Below, one piece after another: positions 38,939-52,209 of a DNA stretch of 64,000 nt. The notes below the pieces were generated by a model. That model was not told where the DNA came from. It was given only the letters and a program-made list of their open reading frames with translations, and did not search any database. Each line of letters opens with the position of its first letter. Position 1 is the stretch's first letter. A program made the position numbers and the translations under genes. Origin of the DNA: Lepidodermella squamata (lineage: Eukaryota > Animalia > Gastrotricha). The DNA is taken from the NCBI GenBank assembly GCA_047495785.1, contig JBLDXI010000054.1, positions 2,294,001 through 2,358,000 on the forward strand. The letters are read 5' to 3'.

Positions 38939-39445
38939 GTTGTAGGTATGTATCATTAAAGCGTGTTTTGCTGAAGATGATATTTTTTCGGCCTATAACT
39001 GGGTAGGTATGCACTATATATATTCTCATTTATCGATGTTTATTATTGTTTACTTACCTGGCAATTTCGCTCTCCTTGTTTTTCCGCAATGATTAATCGA
39101 CGCGTACTTCTCGCTGCTCTCATCATAGGCCTATTTATTGCCAGCCACTCAGTAAAAATCAAGAATGACATGGCTGATTGAAGGCCTTCCATGCCGATGA
39201 GTGAAATAGCCGAACTGTTGAGTAATTTTCGATCTATGATCAATTTCAGGCTGTATTTTGAGGAAACAAAGAAATTTCGGGAAAAACTGAAAATTGTTGC
39301 AATTTGTAATAAATTTTATGAAATAAAATCGTCAGCAATAAATGAAAAAAATCCACCTCAATAAAAATTAATCGCAAATTAAAAAAATGCGAGTCGAACA
39401 CTTTTCTGCAAAATCAAACTCGTCATCGTGTAATAATTCTTCAAA

Positions 39446-40419
39446 ATGCGCCGAACTGCTGGGTCAAGCTCATCCGATCTTCGAGCTAACATAGTTTTAA
39501 AATCACTCGAAAAAGAAGTACGCTATGGGCAAACAGTTTTACCCGAAGCCATTGCTAGTCAATCTTACATCGAATACGCCACCGTTAACAATAGTGAGCC
39601 AACAAATCTTGATTATAACCTGTTATTTTTAACATCTAAATAGTGAAAAGGCCCTACGATGAAATGAACGATATCACGACGCGCGTTGGCAATGGCTTTC
39701 TCAACTCAAAATATGGCGGTGCCATTATTTTCGGTTGCAACCAAGATGGAACCGCTGAAGGGCTAATGGTACGCAACAATTCGGCCCTGGCAACGATTCA
39801 AAACGCAATAATCGATGCAATAAGTGCTTTTCATCCAAGCGTCCCCGAGATGAATTGCGAAGTTGTTCAACTTTTCAAATTTTAAACGATCATTTTTCAA
39901 TTTTTCGATATATAGGTAAAATTTATCAGCATAATTGGGATTCCTTTGGATAAGAGTATAAAGCGAGATGAAATGCAGCGATTTGTTGTAGTTGTAACCT
40001 TCAAACCGTACCACAGACTGACAACCGAGGCGAAGTACTCGCTGGTGTTACTTCAGGAAGGGGGCGGAGCTTACGTGCGATCAGACAGTACTGGCGATTT
40101 GGATTACCTTGAAACTGAAGCTGAGCAAAGATCTTACGTAAAAACAAAGGGAAAACCTATAGCGAAGGCTGTCCGCGCAGTTGCTGAAGTAGTTGGTGCC
40201 TGCTTACAAACTTCGCCAGCAGATTTGTATAGTGCCCGAGACCCGAGACCGGGTAATTCTGTCGCAAACAGTGGCCAAGTTGCTTTGAGGATGCCGTTGG
40301 TTAGGCGAACCCCTGAGGTGCAGGATTTGACATTGCTGACTGATGAAGAACTGAACAGAGCATATGAGGAGCTGAATAGAACAAACTATGGACCACTTCG
40401 ATATGATCACAAACAATAA
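39446..40419 (+). CDS. Stand-alone Schlafen AlbA_2-domain protein
   Basis: GFLNSKYGGAIIFGCNQDGTAEGL matches the AlbA_2 signature (AFLNxxGGxLxxGVxDDG); downstream FVVVVTF and AYVR strands. Introns near 39594-39643 and 39862-39916. Confidence 0.72.
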
Positions 40420-41443
40420 AATCTGAGAAAATGCCGCTAGTTTGTAGCAAACTTATTAAATTTCCTGGTTTTTCAAGGCTTCCAGCAAACTCAGGTAAGG
40501 CAAGAATAACAACTGCGGAGTTGAATGTGAAAAACTATGAATCACTGAGGAAGACTCGTGATTCCAAAAAATGAAAAAAGTTGCAACTTATTGTCCCTAT
40601 ACTTTCGGTTTTTGAGGCCGAAATTGAACAAGATATTAGCGAACATAGGAGAAAAACCGACGCTTAAGAATAATCCTTTATTATCTATCACTTTGCACAG
40701 CGATAAATCATTGAACAAAAAATCATCAGAGCTTTATCAAGGTTTTGGAGGATTCCTGATGAATTTAGCAAACTCAGGTAATGCAAGCACCTTTTCGCAG
40801 TCCAATTTGTTCTTGAAACCTCTATTGCGAGCATACTTCTCTTTGAAGTGGTTCCAATGCCGGGGCGCGCAGTTGCTTTCAATTCCTTTGCCGTACAACG
40901 CCTCGAGGTATGCCGAAATGTTGTGAGGAGCTTTCACTCCCACGCCTTCGTAGTCGATCTAAAAAAATAACAGAAAAATTAAGCCAGTTTTTTTTTAAAT
41001 TTAATTGTTCCATACCGTTTGTAATGGAAGGAAAAAATCTAATGGATGCAGCTGAAATATTAAAACCATTTTAGACGTCGTAGCATTATTTCTTCGAAAA
41101 TTTACTTTGTTATCTTCCCAGTAAATTTTGACCTGGTTATTTGCCGCATTTCGCTGGTATGGTGGAGCAGTATCGAAGAGGCAGATGTCAAAAAATGGCC
41201 ATTTGACCTTGGGAAATATGTGCCTCGTAAAGTTTGCGTCGTCGATGAAAAACTTGATGACTCGACTACTACTAACAACGGCTTTGAAGCGGTACGGCAA
41301 GGCTAAATTATTCGCTTCCCGCTCGACTTTTGCGGCGAATTGTGCAGCATAGGTCAAATTAGATTGCGAACCCAGCGGCGTTATTATTACACAGACATCG
41401 CCATCATCGTCCCACCTGGAAGATAAAAAAAAATAATAGATGA

Positions 41444-41967
41444 CCGTTAATAAATGAAAAGTGGGATTTGGCGTAATTTCTCTATTTTCCAGAAGTGTGT
41501 TGACTTGAAGAGGGACAATTCTTTGAATCCTAGATTTTCCTACTCGCCGATTTTCTTGGGGATTTTGAATTGCCAAGGCCCCCATCCACCTCAAAAGTCG
41601 GGAGACCCAAAAGTGTCGCCGAAGAGGCTTATCGATTTAGGTTGAGTTGGAAGCACCATCAAAATTATTGAGGACAATCTAGCAAGATTCCTTGACCCCG
41701 TTAAATGTCGACTGCGCATAAGAAAATAGCGTCAAAAATTATTGCGCGAAAAATTATTAATTGATGCAATAAAAGCTCAATTTTTTAAGCGCGCATTTTT
41801 TCAAAATGAGCAATTTTCACCCATTGAAACTTTGAAGCTCATTTTCTCAGCAACCCTGATGACTATCAACCTATTTTTGATGTCGTTCGACTCCTCGTTC
41901 TTGGGTGTGGCATCATGATCTCACGTTTTAAAATTTTCGCAAAACCCCACTTTTCGCTTGTTAACGG
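41444..41967. mobile_element. Non-autonomous TIR element (MITE), probably Tc1/mariner-pogo type
   Basis: Imperfect ~36-bp inverted termini CCGTTAAYAARYGAAAAGTGGGRTTTKGCG. Right flank TA, left flank GA. No ORF. Confidence 0.65.
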
Positions 41968-42191
41968 TAAGATTATAAAAATTATTGCATTAAACAATTA
42001 AAATCGAGAAAAATCAAAATATGCACAATTTTTGTTGCCTCGCATTTTAAACAAATCCGAAACCACGAGGTATTTTTTGAAGCGGTTCTCGCCAGTTGAT
42101 AAGGTCTGCGCACATACTCGTATGAAAAAATGTGTATGTGATTTGTAATAAGTTTTTTGCCGGGGTCGTATGTGTTGGCGAAAAAAAATCG

Positions 42192-42681
42192 CATACAGAC
42201 CTGTTCACAAACTGATTTCTTTTCTCGTTGTATGTGATTTTTTTTCTGGCCGAAGAGGCCGCTGAAAAAAATGACCAACTTCGATGGGGCTCGAACCCCG
42301 TCCGCCCGTTGAACAGGCCGGTCAATAGCAACTGCACTATGTTGCCATCATATTTATCTGTCGTTATAAAAAGGCTAATTATTGGTTGCTAATATCTATA
42401 AAAGCTATCCGCGTTTTCTGGGTCAAGTGCGGGCATGAATCATTAATCTTCGACTAGTTTGTTGACGCATTTATCAATGCATTTTTTGCCTTAAAGTCTA
42501 ATTTATAGGTCACACATTAAGCTTGACGGCTTAGCCATGTCGATATAATTATCGATGTGTGCGAAGACGTCAAGGGTTCGATTCGACGTGCCGCCATCCC
42601 TTTTTTCAGTGGCCTCTTCGGCCAGAAAAAAAATCACATACAAGGAGAAAAGAAATCAGTTTGTGAACGGGGGCTGTATGC
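42192..42681. repeat. Divergent pair of tRNA-like (A/B-box) heads, each followed by a shared ~80-bp tail; SINE-like inverted pair
   Basis: 42192-42270 is the reverse complement of 42601-42681. The minus copy head 42346-42275 has GGTTCGAGCC; the plus copy head 42525-42596 has GGTTCGATTC. Confidence 0.6.
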
Positions 42682-44591
42682 TTTTTGCTGTATGTGTATG
42701 TGTTTGCTCGCATACGCATGAGAAAAAAAAGAAACGAGTTTGTGGGAAGGCCTATAGATCTAGTCATCGGTAAACTTTCCTGGAATACTCGTTGCTTTGT
42801 ATTAACGAGCCATTCGAGCGAATAAATAAGTGGCGAAAAGGCTCTTTGCGACTTCAAATAAAAAATTCAATTTTTGGACAATGATATTTTTAGTTATAAA
42901 TGCTCATATAAAATGAAGTAAAAATAAGAAAATCGCTAAATTGTACCGGTATACCTTGGCTCACCTTACATACCTTTGTACCAAAAATCGATTTCAGATA
43001 TTTTTAATCCTTGAAACATTGGTTTCGCCCAAAATTACCTCCCTTCCGGTACGTTCTAGTTATTTAAAATTTAAAATTTATTTTAAAAATCAAAGGTACA
43101 GATAGCTAAAGATAAGGCTAATACTAACGGTATCATCGATCGATGGCGTTGATATCCAAGCAAAGAGCCGCCCTCAAGAAACCACCATGTGTTCATTTTA
43201 TCGAGAACAAGAGCCAGATGTTTCAAGGTGACAGCAAATACCATGCGCTGTTTAGGCGTGGTCATCAGCCTCAGATCCATCTTTTTGCCACTTTGCGTAA
43301 AGCTGAAATGTCACCCTTAAAAGTGGCATTTAAACCGCCGTATTTCGCCGTCTCATTAGCCGCCGTGTTGCGCAAGGCTGAAAAATTGCCAATGATGCCG
43401 TCGTCATGGGTGACGTGGTAATCGCTATGTTCTCTACGGCCGCCGGAATGCAACAGAAATAAACTTAACGCCAAAATGTTGATGCATGTAAATATCAGAA
43501 GGTGAATGCGCTTGTTCGAAATCATACTTCAACCGCTTCAACTGTAATATTTTCAAATTACTCACTGAGAAAAGCATAGAAGATAAAGATTGAGATGCGT
43601 GATCCTCCATTGTTTCCAAAATCACGTGCTATAAAAAGTCGCGGTCTGCCAAGTAAACAAATTTCTAATTTCTGCAACGCGTGCCTAGACCAAGTCATGG
43701 AATGGTCAATATTTCCTTTATTTTCAAAACAACTTTTATCCTTCAAAATGAATAAAAATAACACGCCTGGTAGTAAATTGTTGGTGGCCTTCAAAGGGAT
43801 CCAAGGTCATCGCGCCCCAAAATAGAGAAGCCGCGCGGTATTATTGTTAAGGAAAAGCGGTCGCAAAATTCCAATTTCAACAATTTTTGACAATTGCCGG
43901 AACGGTTAATTTCAAAATACAATAATACAGAATACAAAATTCCAAAAAAGTAGGAATAATTCACGTCATTGAGATATTGAGATCTATCTCTAATTGTAGT
44001 TTTTCAAGAAAATCGGACCCGGCGTTCAATTTCTGGAAATACCTAACTTGGAACTTGGAAGGAGACTGACCTGCTCTGGGATAAGGATACTCTTCGGTAC
44101 TCAAGTTACATATGGTTGCAATTTTAGATTTTAAGAGACCGCCGCCGGCGCGACCGGGATGCCATATCGTTAGTTTCGTTGAAAAAAATCGGATTTATTC
44201 TTTTGTTTACATGCAAAACGTAATCAGATGATTGAATCACGTATCATGCCTGAGCTCATATTATCGCGAGATATTAACAAAATGTCATTGCCATTCCTGC
44301 TCTATGGCTGTCTGAATGCTCTGTTGATGAATGGAACCAACAGAGCCTGCTCGGAATCAATGGCACCGGTGTTGCATTGGCCACTTTTCCAACTTTTTCG
44401 TTGAATAACTCTCAGATTTAGGCTTGCTTACATCCTTTTCGAGGTGCCTCACTCCGTTTCAAACATAGATTATTTTGAGCATACAAATTTCAATTATCCG
44501 CCGCTGGAACCACTACCAAATGCGAATATCCCTTCCGTTATTTATTATCTCTTTGAACAGAATCATTGAACAAAAAATAATCGAGGTTCTA

Positions 44592-45836
44592 TCAAGGTTT
44601 AGGCGGATTCCTGATGAAGTCAGCAAACTCAGGTAGAGCAAGCACAGATTTGCAGTCCAATTTATTCTTATATCCTACATACTTCGCTACTTGCTCATTG
44701 ATATGGTCAAAACTCCGTGGTGCACAGTTGCTTTCAATTCCTGTGCCGAACGCCGCCTCGAGGAACGCCGAAATGTTGTGAGGAGCTTTCACTCCCACGC
44801 CTTCGAATTCGATCTTGAAAAATAACAAAAAAATTATGGGAGCTTTCACAAATTTAATTGCTATTCCATACCCTTTGTAATGGAAGAATATTATCTAATG
44901 GATGCAGCTGAAATATTATTATCATTTTAAATATCGTAGCATTTCTTCGAATATTTACTTCGCTTTCTTCCCAGTAAATTTTGACCTGGTTATTCGGCGC
45001 GTTTCGGAGGTATGGCTTGGCAGTATCGAAGAGTAGGATGTCGACATATGGCCATTTAACGTTTGGCAATTTCGTTATGGGCTTCGTAAAATTTGCGTCG
45101 TCGATGAAAAACTTGATGGTTCGACAACTAAAAGCGGCGGCTCTGAACTGGTAAGGCGAGGATAGATTATTCGCCTCTCGCTCGAGTTCAGCGCCGAATT
45201 CTGTAGCGTACCTAGTATTAGATTGCGAACCCGGCGGCGTTATTATACCAACATCAACGTCATCGTCCCACCTGGAAGAAAAATTCAAGATCTTAAATTA
45301 AATTCTAAAAAATATTTAAATCAAGAAAAATTAAGTGAAAATTTAGGGTTTTTTTTATTTTTTTTTAAGAATGCGTATTAAATCGAACGGCGGAAAATAA
45401 GACCAACTTACGGTATCATCGATCGATGGCGGTGATATCCAAGCAAAGAGCCGCTAGCAAGAAACCACGACGCGTTAATTTTATCGAGAACAAGAGCCAA
45501 ATGTTTCAAGGTGACAGCGAATACCATGCGCTGTTTAGGTGTGGTCATCAGCATCAAATCCATCTTTTTTGCCACTTTGCGTAAAGCTGAAATGTCACCC
45601 TTGAAAGTGGCATTGAAACCGCCGTATTTCGCTGTCTCATTAGCCGCCGTGTTGCGTAAGGCTGAAAAATTGCCCACGAACGTAGAATTGATGCCGTTGT
45701 CATGGAGAACGCTGTTATCCCTACGTTCTTGGCTGTCGTATTTCATCAAGTGTTCGAAATGCAAAAGAAATATACTTAACGCCAAAATGTTGATGCATGT
45801 AAATATCAGAAGGTGAATGCGCTTGTTCGAAATCAT
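44592..45836 (-). CDS. LicD/fukutin-family nucleotidyltransferase-fold protein, copy B (intact)
   Basis: Type II TM anchor; GSLLGYHRHRSMIP|WDDDVDV, WPYVDI and FEG..VKAP....FL. Four exons. Confidence 0.85.
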
Positions 45837-46816
45837 ACTTCAACCGCAAATTAACTCAGATTTTCAAATCACTGACTGAGCTGAGCATAGATATAAGGTT
45901 GACAAGTAAAACTCTCCATCCTGTAATGTTTTCAAAATCACGCATCAAGGTCGCGTCCTGCCAAGTAAACAAATTTCTGCAACGCGTGTCTTCCGAAAAG
46001 ACCGATTCACGGAATAGTCATTTTTTGTTTTATTTTCAAAACAACTTTATGGTCCACATTTTATGAAAATGATTTGCCTGGTAACTTTTGCTGGCTTTCA
46101 AATGAATCCAGGCTTGTCGCGCCACAAAATATAGAAGTCGCGCTATTGTTGAATAAAAGTTGTCGCGAAATTCCGATTTCAGCAATAATTTTTGAAATTG
46201 CTGGGACGATAAATTTCAAAATCTTGAATACAAAGATTCCAAAATAGATACATCAAGATTCACGTCTCATTGAGATCTATCTCCAAGTGTAATTTTTAAG
46301 AAAATCCGTTTTGTCCCACAATTCTGGTTTTTGCAATTTAAGGTTTTTCGATCAATTTGCAACAAACGAAAAGCTGGGATTAACGTATGAATTAATTTGG
46401 AACTAGAAAGGTTATTGACTTGCTTGGATGAGGCACCCAGTAGACTGAGATAAGCTTGGACTTTTCAAATTTGCCGGCAAATGGAAAGCTCAGGAACCTA
46501 AAAGGTCCAGAACTACCTTAGATCGACCTTTATAGTGGAATATTACTGACCTTGCGAGAAAAATTGGCAAGTCAATGTTATCTCAGCCTTCTGGGCGAGT
46601 CATGATTCTTAATCAGTTCAAAAAGCCGAATATTATGTCGAAAAATCTCGAAAAATATTACGGAACCGGAAAGCCGCATAAGTACGAATATCCAATCCTT
46701 GTTTTTACCGTGTACCCGCCGTGGAAAGGTCAGGAAGCTCAACATTAAGTTGTAATGATTATTTAAATATCAAAATCAGCTTTTTTTCACCGCAAATAAA
46801 ATAAGGTCAGATCGTA

Positions 46817-47324
46817 CAGTGAAAATCAAAAGTTACACACGGTCAGGAATTTGTTGAGTTGAAACTAAAAATATCTCACACGCGCCCGAACTATTTTTAG
46901 CTCCAAGCTTGGGTTGAACTCAGCTAAAAATAAAAAGTGTAACTCGACAGACCACGAAGTTTTAATAGTTTTAAAATTATGAATATTCATAAGGTGCTAA
47001 TTGATATTCCGAAGCCCTCAAAATTGATAATTATGTCAGAAAAATTCTGGAATTTTTTTTTATTTGTTATAACCTTACTCTAAATGCTCAAATTTTTCTG
47101 CAATTTTCGGCACTTAACTAAGAATGTCCTAGTTTCATGACATCTCATGAATATATTCATATTATTGAAACTATCCCCCTTTCCTTGGAGCTATTTTTGG
47201 AGATCGTGAAAAAGGCGTCATTTTGGTCCGTTTTGCTGGGGATAAACAGCCTCATTTCGCACGTGCGAAAAATTTCAACTAGCATCGCCTCAATTCAACC
47301 GCGCGGATCTTTTGATTTTCACTG
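46817..47324. mobile_element. Tc1/mariner-type MITE
   Basis: TA-CAGTGAAAATCAAAAG at 46815-46832 and its exact reverse complement at 47309-47326 (TA target duplication plus CAGTG TIR start). AT-rich non-coding interior. Confidence 0.75.
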
Positions 47325-47867
47325 TATTTCGCCAGATTTCGCCGCCGGACTTGAGAGCGAAAGCAAAAGAGCGCTGGGCATAAGGGCGAAAGATCGAGGA
47401 TCGCCGGACCCAATTATTAGTTTTTTTGCTAAGTTTGGCATGGGCTCAATTAATTTCATCGATGAACCTTTATTTTCTTTTCTCGTACCATCCATTTTTC
47501 TTGACGAGAGAAATTACAGCTCTCGCTGTTAATTAAGGCTTCATTTTTTTTATAATAACAATAAATATGTGAATGCAATAACCGACAAATCCAACCTAAA
47601 AATTAATTTATTAGTAAGATCTGAAAATTTTATCTCGATCATCGATCAGCATCTCTCACACCGAGATACATACCTAGCGCCGCTATTTTTCAATTTAAGG
47701 TCGAATTTCGAACCATTTATATCGAAAATATCCACCTTCCATTGGTTGTTCAATGTATATTCCATTTCGGCTCGATAGATATAACGATGTGTAAATGGCA
47801 ATGAATAATTAGTATTCGTATTCAAGCTTTGGATGCGGATGGGGCGCGGACGGGATGGATAGCGGAC

Positions 47868-48209
47868 GTGCCCACCTATGCTATTAAAGCATAAAACAAA
47901 AGCACACGTCATCGAGATGCGCATTCCAATCAGCAGAGCTGTAAAAAAAATGGCTCGCCCTTCACGCGTCTGCATTTTGCATCACAAATGAATGCTGATG
48001 ATGAATCAACCCAGCTTACCTGGACATTTTAATTTGCAGTCCAGCTTTTACCATTTACAATTAAAAAATATCCAGAAAATTCGCTACTACACAAGTTGGA
48101 ATAAAACTGCGCTTTTTTAACTTTGCGTGTCAATTTTTTGCGCAATCGGACAAATTAATATGGTTTAATTGAACTCTCATATTAAAATGTGCCCACCTAT
48201 GCTATTAAA
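47868..48209. repeat. 21-bp direct repeat GTGCCCACCTATGCTATTAAA (two copies)
   Basis: Identical copies at 47868-47888 and 48189-48209, each followed later by AAAAAAAATGGC. Confidence 0.7.
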
Positions 48210-49405
48210 CCGCAATTTTCCATTCCATGAAATGATATTAATTGTTTTATAGCAAAAAAAATGGCCCTATTTGCGACGGAAAACCAATCTCATTAGTCTC
48301 GCTACAACACGTTGTCGCTCGCACTCACGCAATAAAAAATATAGGCGAGTGGCCCAAAAAAATTCAGCACGAAAAAATACGTCCGTCTTTATAATACAAA
48401 GGCTTCGTGTTACAATTTCAATCGCGTTTCTTTCAGGATATAGGAAGTCGTATTGGTATGTTAGCTGATTTTTTACTCTGCGGACATTTTTCCGCAATTA
48501 TAGGTGCATAAGGGTTAAACGGCGGTCATGCCCGTTTATCACGTGTTCAATAATATACACTATACACCCAACCGGGTTTTTTTTCCTGCTCGGTATAATT
48601 ATTCATATTGCGTAGTTTCCGTCCACTATAGTAAATAAAATGCCTACGTCCGCGGTCTGCACCTGCCTTATCGCTACTTACGAGACTAATTACGCGCAGA
48701 CTATAACACAAAAGCAAAAACTATGCGCGATAGTAAGAAAAATGCCGGACAAATAGGGTGTGCACAAGGACTTTATTTATCATTCGTCGTAATGCGATAA
48801 TAAGGCTATAGCTAATCTTCCCCATATAGCAATTCTGACCTACTAAAACGCATTTCTTACCTTCATCATAGCAGCAATTTGGTATCATTGCATCTTTATT
48901 TTTAATTATTTAAGGTGGCTTTTTATTTAGATTTCGCGACAAAAAAGTGTGCTCTAGGTCACGCGTTTTCATACTAACATCACGTACTGCTTCTGCCACC
49001 TTAATGGCTCTACCTTATTACAACAAAATGAAACAATGCCTTACCCCCACACGTTTTTAATGCAACTCGAATAAATAACGCATACAAGTTACATATTTTT
49101 TTTCATCACTCTCGATTACACGCCGGCTAGTGTTTTTTAGCGAAAAATAAGTAAGGTCCATATTATTATTACATCAACTCACCTGTGATACCTGCTATCA
49201 CTTTGAATATGGATGGATATGATGTGATATTTCTTTTGTTTACCTAGCGGATTTTTTTACAAATGCTATTATTTACTCGCGGCATACAGCAGTGAAAATT
49301 ATTACCTGCAATTTTTTTGCATTTTTTATTATACGGAACTCCGACGCTATACCTAGAGTTTTCTTGCGGATTATGTCAAAAGTATACAAAAAAGTTCTGA
49401 AAGGA

Positions 49406-50267
49406 ATGTACCAGGTAGGAAGGATTCGCTGAAAAATCCTGATTATTTAATTTTTTCCATTGATTTTCTAGAAAAATTTGGCCCTGTCGATTGAGTTGTT
49501 AACAGTTTCAAGGTATGGAGATACAGATCGAGTGAAGGGGCTACTGGAACAGGGCGCTGATGTTGATGCTCGCGATCGAGAAGGCTCAACTCCGCTTATT
49601 TTAGGTACAGAAATTTCAGTTTTTTTTAGAATTTTTTTGAAAATTTGTTGTTATTTTTTAGCTGCTCTAAGTGGTTGTCCCAGTGCGGTTTCTGTCATAA
49701 TTGAACGAGGCGGCGATGTAAATGCTCGAAACGTCTATGGATCGACAGCCCTGTAAGTTTTCCAGTCACGGACTTGAAATTGGTGTTTTTTTAGGTGCAT
49801 GCATAATTAATGCACATTTTTATGACCTCAAGACAGGTGAACGCACTCAAGGTATTAATTTGAGTGCGTACATAAAAAAAAGTATAAAAAAATCACGCAA
49901 TGAGTGCATAATTTATTGGTGAAATTAAATTTTCGAGGAGAGATCAATTTTTTCAATTTTAAATATCCGTCATTTAAAATTTTGCAATTAATTATTTCTG
50001 TTTAGAATTTGCGCCGCGAAAAATGGTTTTACGGATATTGTCAAAATCTTGGCCGATTCTGGGGCTGATTTAACCGTGCAAAATAATTTCGGCCAAACAG
50101 CGTTGATTCGAGCCTATGGAAATGGCCATCACGACGTCGTTCGCCTTCTCGTCGCGCTCGGCGCTAATGTCCTGAGAAATCACTGCTTAAATGACGGCAA
50201 TAGCTGGATATCGGCGACGCGCAATGCAACATCGGCAGCTCTTATTCAAACTGTTCTTTCAACTTGA
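49406..50267 (+). CDS. Small cytosolic ankyrin-repeat protein (about 4 repeats)
   Basis: MYQ|KNLAL...GSTPLIL|AALSG...GSTAL|ICAAKNG...GQTALIRA; GT-AG introns splice in frame. Confidence 0.75.
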
Positions 50268-50626
50268 AAAAAATTAGGCAACAAGTCGAGCGCATTTTAT
50301 TGTTTGAAAATATTGAAAAAAATGCAAATTGCAATATTTCTGATGAGCAATTTGCTAAAGAAATATTTCCATATTTTTTTTAATTATGCATTGCTATTTA
50401 AAAACACCTTATTAAAAATTCGGAGGCAGTAAAATTCCATTATTTCACCTTGGGCATATGAAAATTCCTTTTTACATGGTCGTAATTTTCGTGTGAGCAG
50501 AAAAGTTCGAAACCGATATTGGAAAACTCGAACTTAATTTCCAGATTGTGTCGTTTTATTCTCTTTGATTTTCATTAACAAAAAGGGAAGATTTCTAGTT
50601 CGCCGTTAATCAAATTTTTGCGGATA

Positions 50627-51904
50627 TCATTTGTGGCGGTTGATAAATCGGCTGAATCGAGCGTGAAGTTTCGAACAGTTCAAATGATTCATCTTATCAT
50701 TGGGCGCAACTTGCCACATGTGAAGGCGGTGGTTCCAGATTCGCGGCGTGCACTTGTCCAAATGTGGCCCATAGGCTATTTCCAAATAGTCTTGAATTTT
50801 TCGAGGCGCAAATACTTCAACACCCTCAAAATCAATCTGAAAAATATTTAAACAAAAATTCATAGAAAAGCGAAATTATCTATTAAAAAAATTCGGTTTT
50901 AATAATGTCAATTTCAATTTTGAAAATTTGAAAATTTCAATATTAAATCCTCTCTGATTTTTCCTTTTGATTTTCATCAGCGAAAAATAAAATTAAAAAA
51001 TTTATTTAGTCTAATTTAATTTAAAAAATTGTTCAAATTATTTAAAACTTTTTAAAAATTTAAAAATTTAAATTCAACAATTGCCTGGAACCTTTTGCAA
51101 AGGAAAAACAACGTCCAAAGGGTAGTGTTTCTTGTGCCACGGAATCCATACGATTTTAGCCGGCCTAGCTCGAGGAGTTGTGGGTGTTTGAACGCCCACA
51201 AATAACAAAATGTCAACATAGGGCCATCGGGCTTCGATTTTTTCAACTGAAGTTGTTCGACTTGTATCGTTCATAAAAAACTTGATCGTGTAATCAAAGG
51301 ACAAGCTGCTATACGTCGAAAATGGCTTGTTGATTGTTGGCTCGATGGAATGTCCCGAAATTTTAGCCGCTTTTTGACCCAATTTTTCAGCAAATTGTTG
51401 AATATAGCTGTCACTTAGTTTCGAGACATGCGGATCGAACAGAACAGCCAAATCGATATCGTCATCCCAGCTAAATTCGAAAAATTTGAAAAAAATCGAA
51501 AAAAATCAAGAAAATTACGGAATAATTGATTTGTGGCGGTAATAGCCGAGCAATGACCCGGAATCAATGTACCACGTGACTTGCATTTCATTCAGGACTT
51601 TTACCAGCGTTTTAAACGTATCGAGCAGGGTGTTTCGTTCGGTTTCATTCAGAGCAACGTAAAACCCGGCTCGAGCCAGGGTTTCTTCATCTGCCTGCTC
51701 GAGATCGTCGCCGATTTCTGACTCATCAGCTATTTCAAAGTCGTCATTTGTCAGGAAAATGATCGAGGACTGATCTTCTTGGTAAATGCTGAGTGAAACT
51801 CGGCCGTAGAGCAGCGAAACGCTGATCATTAGGACGAAAAACGCCGCCAGTGAAGCTAGAATCAGCATCAAATGCCTGCTTTTCAGCCCGGTTTTCGAAG
51901 GCAT
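50627..51904 (-). CDS. LicD/fukutin-family protein copy C (divergent)
   Basis: TM anchor; WYIDSGSLLGYYRHKSIIP|WDDDIDL, WPYVDI and FEGVEVFAP...YL...YG. Confidence 0.85.
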
Positions 51905-52209
51905 GTTAGAGGTGAAAAAAGCAACAACAAAATTAGGGTAAAAATCTTGTCTTAACGCACTCCGACTGATTTTAGATAATTTCAGAATTTTCACAATTTA
52001 GACTTATTTTATTGCGCAACAATGGCGGTGCCGCGCAAGAGATTAGCCAAAATTACAAAGTTGCTTACGATGATTTCCGAGAAAATCTGTTGAGAACCAA
52101 TACTCTCCTGTATTTCAGCTTATCAGCATTCGATTTCGGAAATCAGTGGTTTTTCCAATTTCAGCAGTCCAGGGAACCTTAGTCGAAAGATATTTAACCG
52201 AAAGTTGAA

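Larger units (their letters stand above)
40737..43525 (-). pseudogene. LicD/fukutin-family transferase copy A (1-nt frameshift in this sequence; repeat-filled intron 1)
   Basis: N-terminal TM anchor and GSLLGYQRHRSMIP|WDDDGDV. Near-identical to copy B but with one A fewer in the homopolymer at about 43281-43286. Confidence 0.65.

Noticed and set aside
42275-42346. Functional tRNA (Sec or UGA suppressor)
   Set aside because: Acceptor, D and T stems pair poorly and there is no long variable arm; treated as a tRNA-derived repeat.
47137-48497. Several 65-131-aa ORFs
   Set aside because: They overlap a MITE and AT-rich intergenic DNA and have no domain signal.
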